This document shows positions 50,358-62,364 of a DNA stretch of 64,000 nt, piece by piece. A program made the position numbers and the translations under genes. The DNA is from Octopus sinensis (taxonomy: Eukaryota). The stretch is from NCBI RefSeq assembly GCF_006345805.1, contig NC_042998.1, positions 25,544,001 to 25,608,000 of the forward strand. The letters are read 5' to 3'. The notes beneath the pieces are model-generated. The model was not told the DNA's origin and searched no databases. It was given only the letters and a program-made list of their open reading frames with translations. The number at the start of each line of letters is the position of its first letter. Within the stretch, counting starts at the first letter, position 1.

Positions 50358-51541
50358 AGAGTCTTGTTATTTAACCCCAAGTCTCTCCTCATTAAGCTGA
50401 TCTATAATTCAAAGGCTTTCTAACAGCATTGTCCCCTATTTTATCCAAGGTATTCTTCCTATTTTGAGATGGTAGGTTTTGATTTAAGAGGGATTTAGTT
50501 GCTATTTTTAGTAGTTCAAGTAACTCTCATCACCCCTGTTTTCCCTCTGCTACAGGTCTCTCGACTTGCCTAGTCCTTCCTCTAACCTTTCCTTCCTTCC
50601 TTGAATCTCATTCTCTTCCTAGAATCTCATCTCTAGAATCTCTTTCTCTGACCATTCAGGATTCTGTCATAGTCTCCCCCGTTTAATGAAATTTAGAAGA
50701 TGCCAGTCAATTAAATTGACCTCCGTTATTGACTTATATTTCACATTATTGACCCGAAAGGATGGAAGGCAAAATTGATTTGGTGATATTTGAACTCAGA
50801 ATGTAAAGGACCTTTTGTTAATGCTCTAATTATTCTACCAATCCACCAATGAAAAGAAGAATGTTAAAGACTGCACTACAGAAAATAATTTCTGACAGTA
50901 TAGCTACGAGAGATTAAAACTCTTTAAGAGAATCGTATAAGTATTGATTATTAAATTTTGGTTATGAATAAATATCAATTCTCTTTTCCATTTTTAAAAA
51001 CTGAACACAATAAAGAATTTGAATTCCACAAAAATGAACATATTTTTAAACCTATCAGAAATGTTGCAGGTGTTCTATCTCACTAATCAGTGTGTTTAAG
51101 TGTCTATACATGTGTGTGTGTGTGTGTGTGTGTGAGGAAATATAAAAAGTTGGTTTTTATGAAGGAATAAATAATGGTTTGTTTACATGTATTTATAAAT
51201 ATATTCGTGTAATTGCTTATTTTTGTGCAGATGTATTTTTTTTAATTCTGTCTTCATTTTTAAATGCCTTTCCTGAAAATCAAGAATTTATCAAGTCAAA
51301 AGGATAAGCAATAAAAAAAAATAAGCGTTAAAACTGATGAAAGGCAGAAAAAATAACTTGGGTGCTGGTGTGGCTGTGTGGTAAGAAGCTTGCTTCCCAA
51401 CCACATGGCTCCAGGTTCAGTCCCACTGTGTGCACCTTGGCCAAGAATCTTCTACTATAGCCTCAGGTTGTCCAAAACTTTCTCAGTGGATTTGGTAGAC
51501 AGAAATTGGAAGAAGCCCATTGTGTGTGTGTGTATATATAT

Positions 51542-51729
51542 AGGGAGAATTCATGAAAAAACCAAAAGACGAAGACAGGTGGTGAACAAAACAAACAGAT
51601 GTATTAGTATAACGCTCAGGAATAGAAAAAGTCTTTTATGTTTCAAGCCTACACTCTTCCACAGAAAGGAACACAAAAAGAAACAAGGACAGAAAATGTG
51701 TGTAGTGGCTACTGATCTATCATGGTGAC
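51542..51729 (-). mobile_element. Family H insert with hammerhead-like motif (51633-51668)
   Basis: Reverse-complement homology to 59401-59591; CTTT-CTGTGGA-A-GAGT-GTAG-GCTT-GAAA-CATA-AAAG. Confidence 0.7.
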
Positions 51730-51746
51730 CTATATATATATATATA

Positions 51747-52256
51747 TCATTGCTATTATGTTAAACTTTCGTATGTCCAAATTCGACCAAATGTTTTTTT
51801 TGTAATATATATTTTTGTTTGCAATAGCCAGTCCTTTTGGTCAAACTGTCATATCTTCAGCTGCTTCAGATGCCAAGATAGCAAAAATTATGAAAATGTA
51901 GTACAATGGTTTTGCTATGGAATTAGGAAACTATTTTTTCGGTTTCTGAAAAAAGCAAAATTTGGACTTACAACACTTTTGCATAATAACAACGATATAT
52001 ATATATATATATTGTTGTTATTATGTTAAACTGTGAAATGTCCAAATTTGACCAAATGAGTTTGTTTCAGTATTTATTTTTGCTTGCAATAGCCCGTTCT
52101 TTTTATCAAACTATCATATCTCCAGCTGTTTTAGATGCCAGGATATCAAAAATTATCAAAGTGTAGTACAACGATTTTGCTATGGAATGATGAAGCTATT
52201 ATTTCATTTCCTGTAAAAACGTTTTGGACTTAGAACACTTTTGCATAACAGCAACG

Positions 52257-52257
<1 letters not shown>
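51747..52257. mobile_element. Two tandem ~250-bp TA-flanked MITEs (51747-51995; 52012-52257)
   Basis: Imperfect TIRs TC.TTG.TATTATG / CATAA.A.CAACGA, each flanked by TA repeats; the copies are homologous. Confidence 0.75.
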
Positions 52258-52308
<51 letters not shown>

Positions 52309-52683
52309 GGTGTGGTTTGACAAAAGAGACAGATAAAAGAAGTACCAGGCTTATAAAGAAATAAGTCCTGGGTGGGGGTTGATTCATTCAACTAAGAATT
52401 CTTCAAAGGAGTGCTCCAGCATGGTTGCAGTCAAATGATTGAAACAGACAGAAAATAAAGTGGAAATTTTTTTAAATTAACATGTTTACATTTCGAATAT
52501 AAAGATAAGGATCTTTTCTTGGTTATATGACCAGTTGAAATGTTCACTAGACCTATGATAGAAGACATTTGACCAATTCTATTTCATCTTATTTAAATTC
52601 TGTATCCAATTTACTTCATTATCTAAAGTGTCCTTCCTCTTTCAAGATAACATGGTGTTATTTACTCCTTACCCATTTTATTC

Positions 52684-53087
52684 CTTTACTTGTTTCAGTC
52701 ATTTGACTGTGGCCATGCTAGAGCACCGCCTTTAGTTGAGCAAATCGAACCCAGGACTTATTCTTTGTAAGCCTAGTACTTATATTATCGGTCTCTTTTG
52801 CTGAACCGCTAAGTTACCAGGATGTAAACACACCAGCATCGGTTGTCAAGCGATGTTGGGGGCACAAACACAGACACACAAACACACACACACACATACA
52901 TATACATATATATACATATATACGACAGGCTTCTTTCAGTTTCCGTCTACCAAATCCACTCACAAGGCTTTGGTCGGCCTGAGGCTATAGTAGAAGACGC
53001 TTGCCCAAGGTGCCATGCAGTGGGACTGAACCCAGAACCATGTAGTTGATAAGTAAGCTACTTACCACACAGCCACTCCTACGCCTA
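52684..53087 (-). mobile_element. SINE-A, full length
   Basis: Complete family motifs. Confidence 0.85.
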
Positions 53088-53674
53088 TTTGTGGAAGATT
53101 TAACTAATATTTCCTTGCTGGTTGAGCTACCATATAAAGGCTTCTACTTTACCTCAACCAAATGAAAGGATAAAGGCATATGCAGAACAAGGGCAGATAA
53201 CAAATAATTTAAAAAGTATTTTGTATCAATGCATACAGCTACATGCAGTTTAGTGGCAATGCAGCCCTTTAAATGAAGGATTATTTATAATGTTTAAAAC
53301 ACCAGACTAGAAAGAAAATAGAAGCATAAAATAAACAGATGAGAAATAAACTAAAAAAAAAAGAGCACTGCCAAAATATTTGGTAAAGTAGAATCAATAA
53401 CAGCAACGGTAAAAGAGGCAATCTGAAGATATTGCTTGATTGACAGTGTGATGACATGACCAATGGGTCAGGGTTTGAGATTTTTTTAATAATGTTATTA
53501 GGAGAATTGATAGAGCTGTGAACAAAGTCATGTGGTGTTTAGTTAGATGTGAAGGTACATGGCTTAGTGGTTAGAGTGTACAGTTCAGGACCACATAGTT
53601 CTAAGTTCAATTTTTGGATTGGGTAGTGCAGGTGTATGGCATGTGGACCAAATTAATGATGGTGAAACTTACGC

Positions 53675-54114
53675 TCCTATATTTCCTTTTCTCGTCAAAC
53701 CCGACTTGATTGATTTGAAAACGAACCCATTTGATCTATCGTGTTTTGAGTTGATGACATCGATAGTTTTGAAATGGAAATGATTGGATTAACAACTTCA
53801 GAATTGTGGAAAACAAAATTTGTGGAATTACACAAAACTCTTGAAAGAAGCTGCTTGGAGAAGTCTGTTGCCATTTTCAGTTGCTGAATGTCGTTGCCTG
53901 AAAGAGTCAATTCTTTGAAGAAAATCTCATATGCTCTGCTTTCACCCTTTATACATGCAAACAAATTTTTCCACATATGAAATCTGTTTGGAGTCCGCAA
54001 AGAAGTCGTTTGACAATTCAACATTCGGAAGCTTGTATGAAGCAAAAAGTTACAAATCATGCACCTGATATTGAGAAATTAAGCAAAAATGTACAGAGAC
54101 AAGGTTCTCATTAA
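53675..54114 (+). pseudogene. Decayed hAT transposase C-terminal (dimerisation) region
   Basis: SELWKTKFVEL..SLPE..SLKKISYALLS..CKQIFSHMKS...QRSRLT...PDIEKLSKNVQRQGSH*. Confidence 0.7.
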
Positions 54115-54141
54115 TTTATATAAATTTAACCTAACTGTTTA

Positions 54142-54548
54142 CTTTTTTACTCTTTTACTTGTTTCAGTCATTTGACTGTGGCCATGCTGGAGCACCACCT
54201 TTAGTCGAGCAAATTGACCCAGGACTTATTCTTTGTAAGCCTAGTACTTATTCTATCGGTCTCTTTTGTCGAACCACTAAGTTACGGGGATGTAAACACA
54301 CCAGCATCGGTTGTCAAGCAATGTTAGGGGGACAAACACAGACACAATCATATACACACGCATACATATATATACATATATATATATTTATATATACATA
54401 TATACAACGGGCTTCTTTCAGTTTCCATCTACCAAACCCACTCACAAGGCTTTGGTCAGCCTGAGGCTATAGTAGAAGATACTTGCCCAAGGTGCCATGC
54501 AGTGGGACTTAACCCGGAACTATGTGGTTCATAAGCAAGCTACGCCTA
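54142..54548 (-). mobile_element. SINE-A
   Basis: Family motifs. Confidence 0.85.
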
Positions 54549-55005
54549 AAAAAAAAATCACTGCCCCAATTTAAAAAAATTTTTTAATAAAATTATATTT
54601 GTTTCCATGCAATTTGAATTATTAAAGGATTAATAAAATAGATTTCTGTTATGGTTAGTTACAAGAGCATAAACTCTACTAATGAAAGCAGTAATATGAG
54701 ATTGGCATGCACAACGCTTTTGGAAGCTAGGTTTGGCACTCTATTATCAAAAGGTTGCCAACACCTGGTGTAGTGCAAAGTATTTTTAAGCAAGGCACTT
54801 CATTCCATGTTGTTCTTGTCTGCTCAGCTGTAATGCATGCCAGCCATATGCTGGGGGAGCCCTCTCTCTTTATGGCTATCACATCCTGCATATTCTGTTG
54901 GATCAAGGTATGAGAGAATATCTCTTTGTTTGTGACTACATAACCAGAAAAGTACCTGTTGAATACTGGGGTCGATATAATCGGCTTACCCCTCCCTGAT
55001 ATAAA

Positions 55006-55252
55006 TGTTCCTTCTCGAGCCATGACAGGCTCATCAGGGCCGGTTTCCCGGTTTCAGTAGCGTAGAAATTCCCCACCTGGATGAGACGCTGGTCCATCGC
55101 AGCGTTACTCATTTTTGCCAGCTGAGTGGACTGGAGCAACGTGAAAATGAAGTGTTCTGCTCAAGAACACAGTGCGTTGCCCGGTCTGGGAATCAAAACC
55201 ACAACCATACGATCATGAGTTCAACAACCTAACCACTAAGCCACGCACCTCC
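55006..55252 (-). mobile_element. SINE-D group (CORE-like body, tail T1) with TSD around CCCTGATAT
   Basis: CCTCCCTGATAT at 54991-55002 and 55248-55259; inserted into a SINE-B2 tail. Confidence 0.75.
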
Positions 55253-55611
55253 CTGATATTGCTCACCTTGTGCAAAAATTTGAAATCAATATGAGTCATA
55301 CTTTTGCTAAGTGTTTTATCTCTTTGCTTGTGGCTACATAACCAGATAAAACAATTAGCAATAGCATGATTAATATTGATTTCAAATTTTAGCCCAATTT
55401 CAGCAATTGCAGGGAAGGGAGTAAGTCAATTAGATCAACCCCAGTATTCAACTGGTACTTATTTTATCAACCCTGAAACGATGAAATGGAGGTGTTGCTA
55501 ACAGTTCTTCCAGCTTGCCACCTTAAAAGCATAATTAATATTACCAGCAAAACTCACTCACAAATGATGGCTGGCTATATTTTTCTTTTTTACCTAGTTA
55601 TGTATATTTAG

Positions 55612-55860
55612 TTGTGTCTGGGGAGAGTCAAACCTTTTCAATAGTTTTGACTCAAAACTATTGAAAACTATTGCAAGACGCAACGAAAATTTTAGGAAAA
55701 TAAAAATAAGAAATAAGTGGAAATTTTACCGGTGAGTGTGTTATATTATAAGGCACAAAAAGAAAATGACTCTCCCCAGACACAACAGAATATGCTTCAA
55801 CACACGAACTCATATAAAGAATCTTGCAAACCAAATCCAAAAACGAAATATGTATATTTA
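55612..55860. repeat. Family G copy with inverted end
   Basis: TTTTCAATAGTTTT-GACTC-AAAACTATTGAAAA 14-bp hairpin followed by reverse-oriented family body. Confidence 0.75.
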
Positions 55861-56331
55861 CATTTTGACTTTCAGTGCTGTGATATTCAACACTTTGCTT
55901 TATATAATTTACCAGAAATCACTGAACTCACATGTATATTTTAAAGACAACTCTTACCACCTGAATTTTAGTAAAACATTAAATGAAACAAGAATATTTT
56001 TAAGGAGAGAAATTATTCATGTAATATATAAAACATATAACGTTAGTTTTGAATGGTGAATACCATTTTTATAGGATATTATTTTCATCAAATTTTATCA
56101 AAAAAAACCCTTATTTTGTGGAACCTTAGAATTTTTTTGCATAACCTACTTTGAGAAATATAGTAATAAACTATACATCCCCCATAAACGAAAGACCTTG
56201 TGCCAGTGTTAGAAATCAATAATTATGGAAGTGATGGTGTGTTATTCTTGTCTATGGTAATGTTTATGGAGTGAGTGGTTCTATTGTAATGCTTTTCTAA
56301 AACACTCTTCAGCTTTCATTGTACTTATACA

Positions 56332-56419
56332 TTCTAAACCGAGTGTTATTGTGCAGATATACGAAACCAAGTCTTTCACTTTGTCTTTGTATATCTGCAT
56401 AAAAAAACACTGCTTAGAA
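56332..56419. ncRNA. Candidate pre-miRNA-like hairpin
   Basis: Perfect 11-bp core TGCAGATATAC/GTATATCTGCA extended inward and outward; seen once in the window. Confidence 0.35.
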
Positions 56420-57039
56420 AATGTAAACACATATTTTTGCCATTCATTCTTGGCTTACCCATCACTGAAGGGAAATAGAATATAAATTCAATTTGTTTTC
56501 TCTTTGCTTTCAATGATATTTGACAGCCTTAAGCATAAATCAAATTTATTATAGTTAATCTTACAGAACAACTTTTATTATCACTTAAATATATCATCAC
56601 AGTTTGTTGCCTTCTTCTGAAGTGGAAAATGAAAATAAAATTCTTTTTTTTTTCTTGGCAAAAATATGACTTATAATACATCCAATTTCATTTATAATAA
56701 AACAAATATTCTTTCTGAATATTGAATTTAAAATTTGACTTTAAACTTTATGAGTTTGAATAAATATTTACTCAATAAGATTCTAACATAGAATCACAGT
56801 TGAATTCCTCCTCAGTTTATTTATTCTACAGTAAATCCTAATGTTTTTAGCTACATTTCTCCATCCCTTCTCCCTGAAAACAACATGTTCAACACAGTTT
56901 GGAAATAATGAAGAGGACCGACTACTTGACAAAAACTGCTGTGGGTCATAATGTGTTTTAACACGTTTATTGCTAGACCATAAGATATCTAAAATAGAAT
57001 TTTTATTTTGAATTTATGCTGAGTAGCTTATATGCATGA

Positions 57040-57350
57040 TCTACACTAAGAACCTTCCAGAATACATTATGTTCACAAAGAACCCAAATATCTGAATATT
57101 GTCTCCATAAAGGACTCAAAGTGCTGCATATCCTGTCCATTAAGGACCCCAAAACACTGCATATATCCAGAAAGGACCCAAACCATGTTGTGTAATAAAG
57201 CATGAAAACTGCATGTTGTATCCAAAATGGATAAAAATGTCCATATGTTGAGCCCACAAGGACAGAACGAAAACTGTTGTATCCATAAAGAATTTAGAAA
57301 TCTGCATGTACCCATAAAGAGCCCTAATATATTACATGTTGTGTCCATCT
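57040..57350. repeat. Degenerate ~30-bp minisatellite
   Basis: About 9 diverged units of TCCATAAAGGACCCAAAACTGCATGTTGTA. Confidence 0.65.
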
Positions 57351-57856
57351 GAGATTAAAATTTTTTTTAAATACACATTTTTGTCTTTAGATAATGAAAC
57401 ACAAAACATATTGTGTTCAGAAAGAACAAATAAAATTGTCTGTTGTAAAAGAGTTAAAGAAACATAATGGCAGATCCACAAAGTAACCAAACAAATTGCA
57501 TATTGCGTTTTTAAGTTTTTGAAGTTACCAAAAAGGAAAAAAATGATATATAAGTGTGATAAAATCTCACAATTATATTTCTCCTTCCTTGTAAATACGA
57601 GACAAAATATTGATTCTTTATATCATCACAGGGAAGAAATATGTAAAAAATAATATTATTGGATTACAGAGATTAAATTTGGATTTACCCAAGAAAATGA
57701 CAAGTCATCATGCTCTTTTTTTTTTCTTTAATTCTTTGCTTCTATTCTGCCACTAGTCTTAAATACCTGCCATTCTCTCAGCCAGTAAGGCAGCCTCTAC
57801 ATGGTCAGGCAATACTCTGTAAATAGCTGCTAAATTTTCCTCCCCTCCCAAAAAAA

Positions 57857-58234
57857 GGCATAGGAGTGGCTGTGTGGTAAGAAGCTTGCTTACGAACCAC
57901 ATGGTTCTGGGTTCAGTCCTTCTGCATGGCATCTTGGGCAAGTGTCTTCTACCAAAGCCTTGTGAGTGGATTTGGTAGACGGAATCTGAAAGAAGCCCGT
58001 CGTATATATGTATATATGTGTGTATGTGTGTGTGTGTATGTTTGTCCCCCCAACATAACTTGACAACCGATGCTGGTGTGTTTAGGTCCCTGTAACTTAA
58101 CGGTTCGGCAAAAGAGACCGATAGAATAAGTACTAGGCTTACAAAGAATAAGTCCTGGGGTCAATTTGCTCGACTAAAGGTGGTGCTCCAGCATGACCAC
58201 AGTCAAATGACTGAAACAAGTAAAAGAGTAAAAT
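57857..58234 (+). mobile_element. SINE-A
   Basis: Family motifs. Confidence 0.85.
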
Positions 58235-58437
58235 AGTATTGTTTTCAAAGGTGAAGGGTACATCAGACAATGTAATACTTACAAACTAGACAAGGTACTC
58301 ATGACTGGAATACCATTGATGAAGGGCCTCCTTAATCAGTACAATCATTCTTTTTACATGTTTGACTAAACCTTTGCCAGTCTTGCCTTCCTTGTTCTTC
58401 CATTCACAATACAATTTCTGTGTTTAACTAAATTTAA

Positions 58438-58592
58438 CCCTTTTGTTACCATATTTCTGTTTAATTACACCACTTTTGTTTTAATTAATTTTGAAAATAG
58501 TTAATAATTTAATAAAATAACTCTATCCTTATTAAGCTGCTGTTTGATACATAGAATTAGAGCTGAACTCAAACATATTAGCATTAAAAGGG
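58438..58592. mobile_element. piggyBac-type MITE, short divergent variant
   Basis: TTAA|CCCTTTTGTTACCATATTTCTG ... AAAAGGG|TTAA. Confidence 0.7.
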
Positions 58593-59206
58593 TTAAAAGA
58601 TTAAAGCTTTGTTCTTAATCCAGATTTATTACTTTAGCTCAAGGACATAAATTTTGTTTGGATAGTGTTTTATTGACCTGACTGGTATTCTATAGAAAAT
58701 AAAGGAATAAAAGCTAGATACCAACACTCCCCCTCTCCCAGTGAGATTTACATTCTTAATGATAATGTTTTCAAATTGCAGCCTTCCTATCACTCTTCAC
58801 TCCGGATGTATACTCTCTCTCCTAATTTTTATTTCCAATTAAAGAATCAGTTCTTTGATCTCTTCTAAACTTGCTGCTCTTGTCTGTCTTCCATAAAACT
58901 TGTCTGAGATTGAGACTTCTCTTTCTATCCAAAGCTTACTGGTGACTATTATATCAATTTCTTCTAACCTAAAAGATTTAGCAAATGACATTGTTTCTAA
59001 ATACCCATTGGGCATGCACAATTAAGCATTCAATCCTTAGAAAAACCTATGGTTGCAGTTGAAAGTAGAAAACGGTTATTTGAAGTCTTTGATAAACTTC
59101 ATTATATTTGGAGTATTATCTGGACTTCCATTCTCTTCTGGATCCTCTAATTTGATTAAAACAAATGAAAAAACTGAAAATCTTTTCTAAGTTTGGAAAA
59201 TAATCT

Positions 59207-59857
59207 GGTGCAGGAGTGGCTGTGTTGTAAGTAGCTTGCTTACCAACCACATGGCACCTTGGGCAAGTGTCTTCTACTATAGCCTCAGGCTGATCAAAAC
59301 CTTGTGAGTGGATTTGGTTGACAGAAACTGAAAGAAGCCTGTCATATATATGTATATATATATACTTCTACACTCTCCTGTGTGACCCTTCTGTCTGGCA
59401 GTCACCATGATAGATCGGTAGCCACTACACACATTTTTTTTCTCTCCTTGTTTCTTTCTGTGTTCCTTTCTGTAGAAGAGCATAGGCTCGAAACGTAAAA
59501 GACTTTTTCAATTCCTGAGTGTTATACTAAAACATCTGTTTGTTTTCTACACCACCTGTCTTCGCCTTTTGTTCTTTTCATGAATTCTCCCTATATATAT
59601 ATATATATATATAAATAAATATATGTATGTATGTATGTGTGTGAATATGTTTGTGTGCCTGTGTCCTCTTCAGCATTGCTTGACAACTGATGCTGGTGTG
59701 TTTACGTCCCCATAACTTAGCAGTTTGGCAAAACAGACCGAAGAAATAAGTACTAGGTTTACAAAGAATAAGTCCTGGGGTCGATTTGCTCGACTAAAAG
59801 CGGTGCTCCAGCATGGCCACAGTCAAATGACTGAAACAAGTAAAAGAGTAAATGAGT
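59207..59857 (+). mobile_element. SINE-A split by a family H insert
   Basis: 5' half to about 59345; 3' half from about 59640. Confidence 0.8.
59401..59591 (+). mobile_element. Family H insert with hammerhead-like motif (59466-59501)
   Basis: CTTT-CTGTAGA-A-GAGC-ATAG-GCTC-GAAA-CGTA-AAAG. Confidence 0.7.
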
Positions 59858-59912
59858 AACTCAAAACACAGAGATTGCTGCTTCAGAAGTGAAAATAATC
59901 ATAATAACCATA

Positions 59913-60128
59913 AAGGCGGCAAACTGGTAGAACCGTTAGCATCTCAGAAAAAACGCTTTGTAACATTTCATCTGTCTTTATGTTCTGAGTTCAAATTCCA
60001 CTGTGGCTGACTTTGCTTTTCATTCCTTTCGGGGGTCATTAAATAAGCACCAGTCTAGCTCTTGGGGTCGATATAATCGACTTACTCACTCTCTGAAGTT
60101 TCTGGCCTTGTGCCAAAATTTGAAATCA
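59913..60128 (+). mobile_element. SINE-B2
   Basis: AAGGCGGCAAACTGG head; core; GGCCTTGTGCCAAAATTTGAAA tail. Confidence 0.75.
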
Positions 60129-60270
60129 GTAATTATAATAATCTTAATTTTTTTCTCCAGAGACAATTTATACATACAACAATGTGCTACAAAATGGAAG
60201 TTACGAAACCATGTAAGATGTTCGTATAGAGCTTGGGAAAAACAGTTATGATACAAAGATATTTTATAAT

Positions 60271-60454
60271 AGGTGTAGGAGTGGCTGTGTGGTAAGTAGC
60301 TTGCTTACGAACCACATGGTTCCGGGTTCAGTCCCACTGTGTGGCACCTTGTGCAAGTGACTTCTTCTATAGCCTCGGGCTGACCAAAGCCTTGTGAGTG
60401 GATTTGGTAGACGGAAACTGAAAGAAGCCCGTCATATATATGTACATATATGTA

Positions 60455-60516
<62 letters not shown>

Positions 60517-60797
60517 CAGACACACACATATATATTTATATATATACACACACACATATATATATGTATGTATGTGAGTGTGTATGTTTGTGTGTCTGTG
60601 TTTGTCCCTCTAACATCGCTTGACAACCGATGCTGGTTTGTTTTCGTCCCCATAACTTAATGGTTCGGTGAAAGAGACCGATAGAATAAGTACTAGGCTT
60701 ACAAAGAATAAGTCCTGGGGTCGATTTGCTCGACTAAAAGGCAGTGCTCCAGCATGGCCACAGTCAAATGACTGAAACAAGTAAAAGAGTAAAAGAA
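60271..60797 (+). mobile_element. SINE-A, full length with expanded TA tract
   Basis: Complete family motifs. Confidence 0.85.
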
Positions 60798-61024
60798 TAC
60801 ATTGGGATGGAGACACATGAATGTGAAAGTATAAATATTACACAAAATAATGTGAAGCTGCCACCTGAATTTGATCACAGCCCTTCATAACGTTGACTGC
60901 CTTTTGCTTCCATTTATTCCAGAAACATAATCAAATTCTTCTGTTCTTTATGTATCCATGAGCAACTCAGATGACAGAATAGGTGAGAAATATCCCATGT
61001 TCTCCTGGAAGCTAAGGTGCAATT

Positions 61025-61272
61025 CATCATCATCATCATCTTCATCATCATCATCATCATCATTGTTTAACGTCCGCTTTCCATGATAACATGGGTTGGA
61101 CGGTTTGACTGAAGACTGGCGAACCAGATGGCTGCACCAGGCTCCAATCTTGATCTGGCAGAGTTTCTACAGCTGGGTGCCCTTCCTAACGCCAACCACT
61201 CTCAGAGTGTAGTGGGTGGTTTTACATGCCACCTGCATGAGGACCAGTCAGGCGGTACTGGCAACAGCCACA
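61025..61272 (-). mobile_element. SINE-C
   Basis: (CAT)n-TGTTTAACGTCC; family motif. Confidence 0.75.
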
Positions 61273-61479
61273 AAACAAAAAAAAAAGGGAATTTAAAATT
61301 GGTTTTTATTAGCCCATCACTTGCATGTTACTCAGAGTCAAAATCAATTTCTTCTTCAATCTACCCTAAATCTTTTACTTTGTCTCTTTGTCTCTTAGTA
61401 TATATTTTCCAAAACACCCACCAGTCTTTCATTACCTATTCAGCAAGCTTCATAGAGCTTGAGAGGGGGACAGGCTCTG

Positions 61480-61623
61480 CTTTCATCATCATCATCATCA
61501 TCATCATCTTCACCATCATCATCATCATCTTCACCATCATCATCATCATCATCATCATCATCGTCGTCATCATCATCATCATCTTCACCATCATCATCAT
61601 CATCGTCGTCATCGTCATCACCC

Positions 61624-61655
<32 letters not shown>

Positions 61656-61716
61656 GTCGTCATCATCATCATCATCTTCACCATCATCATCATCATTGTC
61701 GTCATCGTCATCACCC

Positions 61717-61760
<44 letters not shown>

Positions 61761-61985
61761 TTCACCATCATCCTCATCATCATCGTCATCATTATTCAAC
61801 ATATGTATTACATGCTGGCATGGGTTGGACAGTTTGACAGAAGCTGGAAAGGCTAGGAGCCATGCTAGGTTCCATAATCTATTTTGGCTTCATTTCTACA
61901 GCTGGGTGCCCTTCTTACTGCCAACCATTTAACAGAGTGCACTGACTACTCTTCACATGGCACCAGTACCATGTATGCAGTGCAT
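61480..61985 (-). mobile_element. SINE-C with a ~315-bp expanded compound (CAT)n tail
   Basis: CAT/CAC/CGT tract 61480-61795 followed by family body. Confidence 0.7.
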
Positions 61986-62144
61986 CTTGTTACCCAATGT
62001 TTGGGGCTTCCTTTAATGTTTGGGGTTTACTTATTCTTTTCAAGGCATATCCAAACCCCCTTTAATGCTTGTGGGAGTTTGGATGACAGGTAAAGTAGGC
62101 CTCGACAGAAAATGAACTCAGAATGTAAAGGAGGACAAAATACC

Positions 62145-62364
62145 TATTTCTTTACTACCCACAAGGGGCTAAACACAGAGAGGACAAACAAGGACAGACA
62201 AACGGATTAAGTCGATTATATCGACCCCACTGCTCAACTGGTACTTAATTTATTGACGCCGAAAGGATAAAAGGCAAAGTCGACCTTGACGGAATTTGAA
62301 CTCAGAACGTAACAGCAGACGAAATACGGCTACGCATTTCGCCCAGCGTGCTACCGTTTCTGCC
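62145..62364 (-). mobile_element. SINE-B nested in an older SINE-B
   Basis: AGGACAAAATACC (62132-62144) and AGGACAAATACC (62365-62376) flank it. Confidence 0.75.

Larger units (their letters stand above)
51361..52460 (+). mobile_element. SINE-A split by three insertions in its TA tract
   Basis: 5' half about 51361-51535; 3' half about 52307-52460. Confidence 0.7.

Noticed and set aside
61109-61130. CTGAAGA followed by a CTGG-CGAA-CCAG stem in some SINE-C copies
   Set aside because: The stem is followed by ATGG rather than GAAA and there is no stem III/I arrangement, so it is not a hammerhead.
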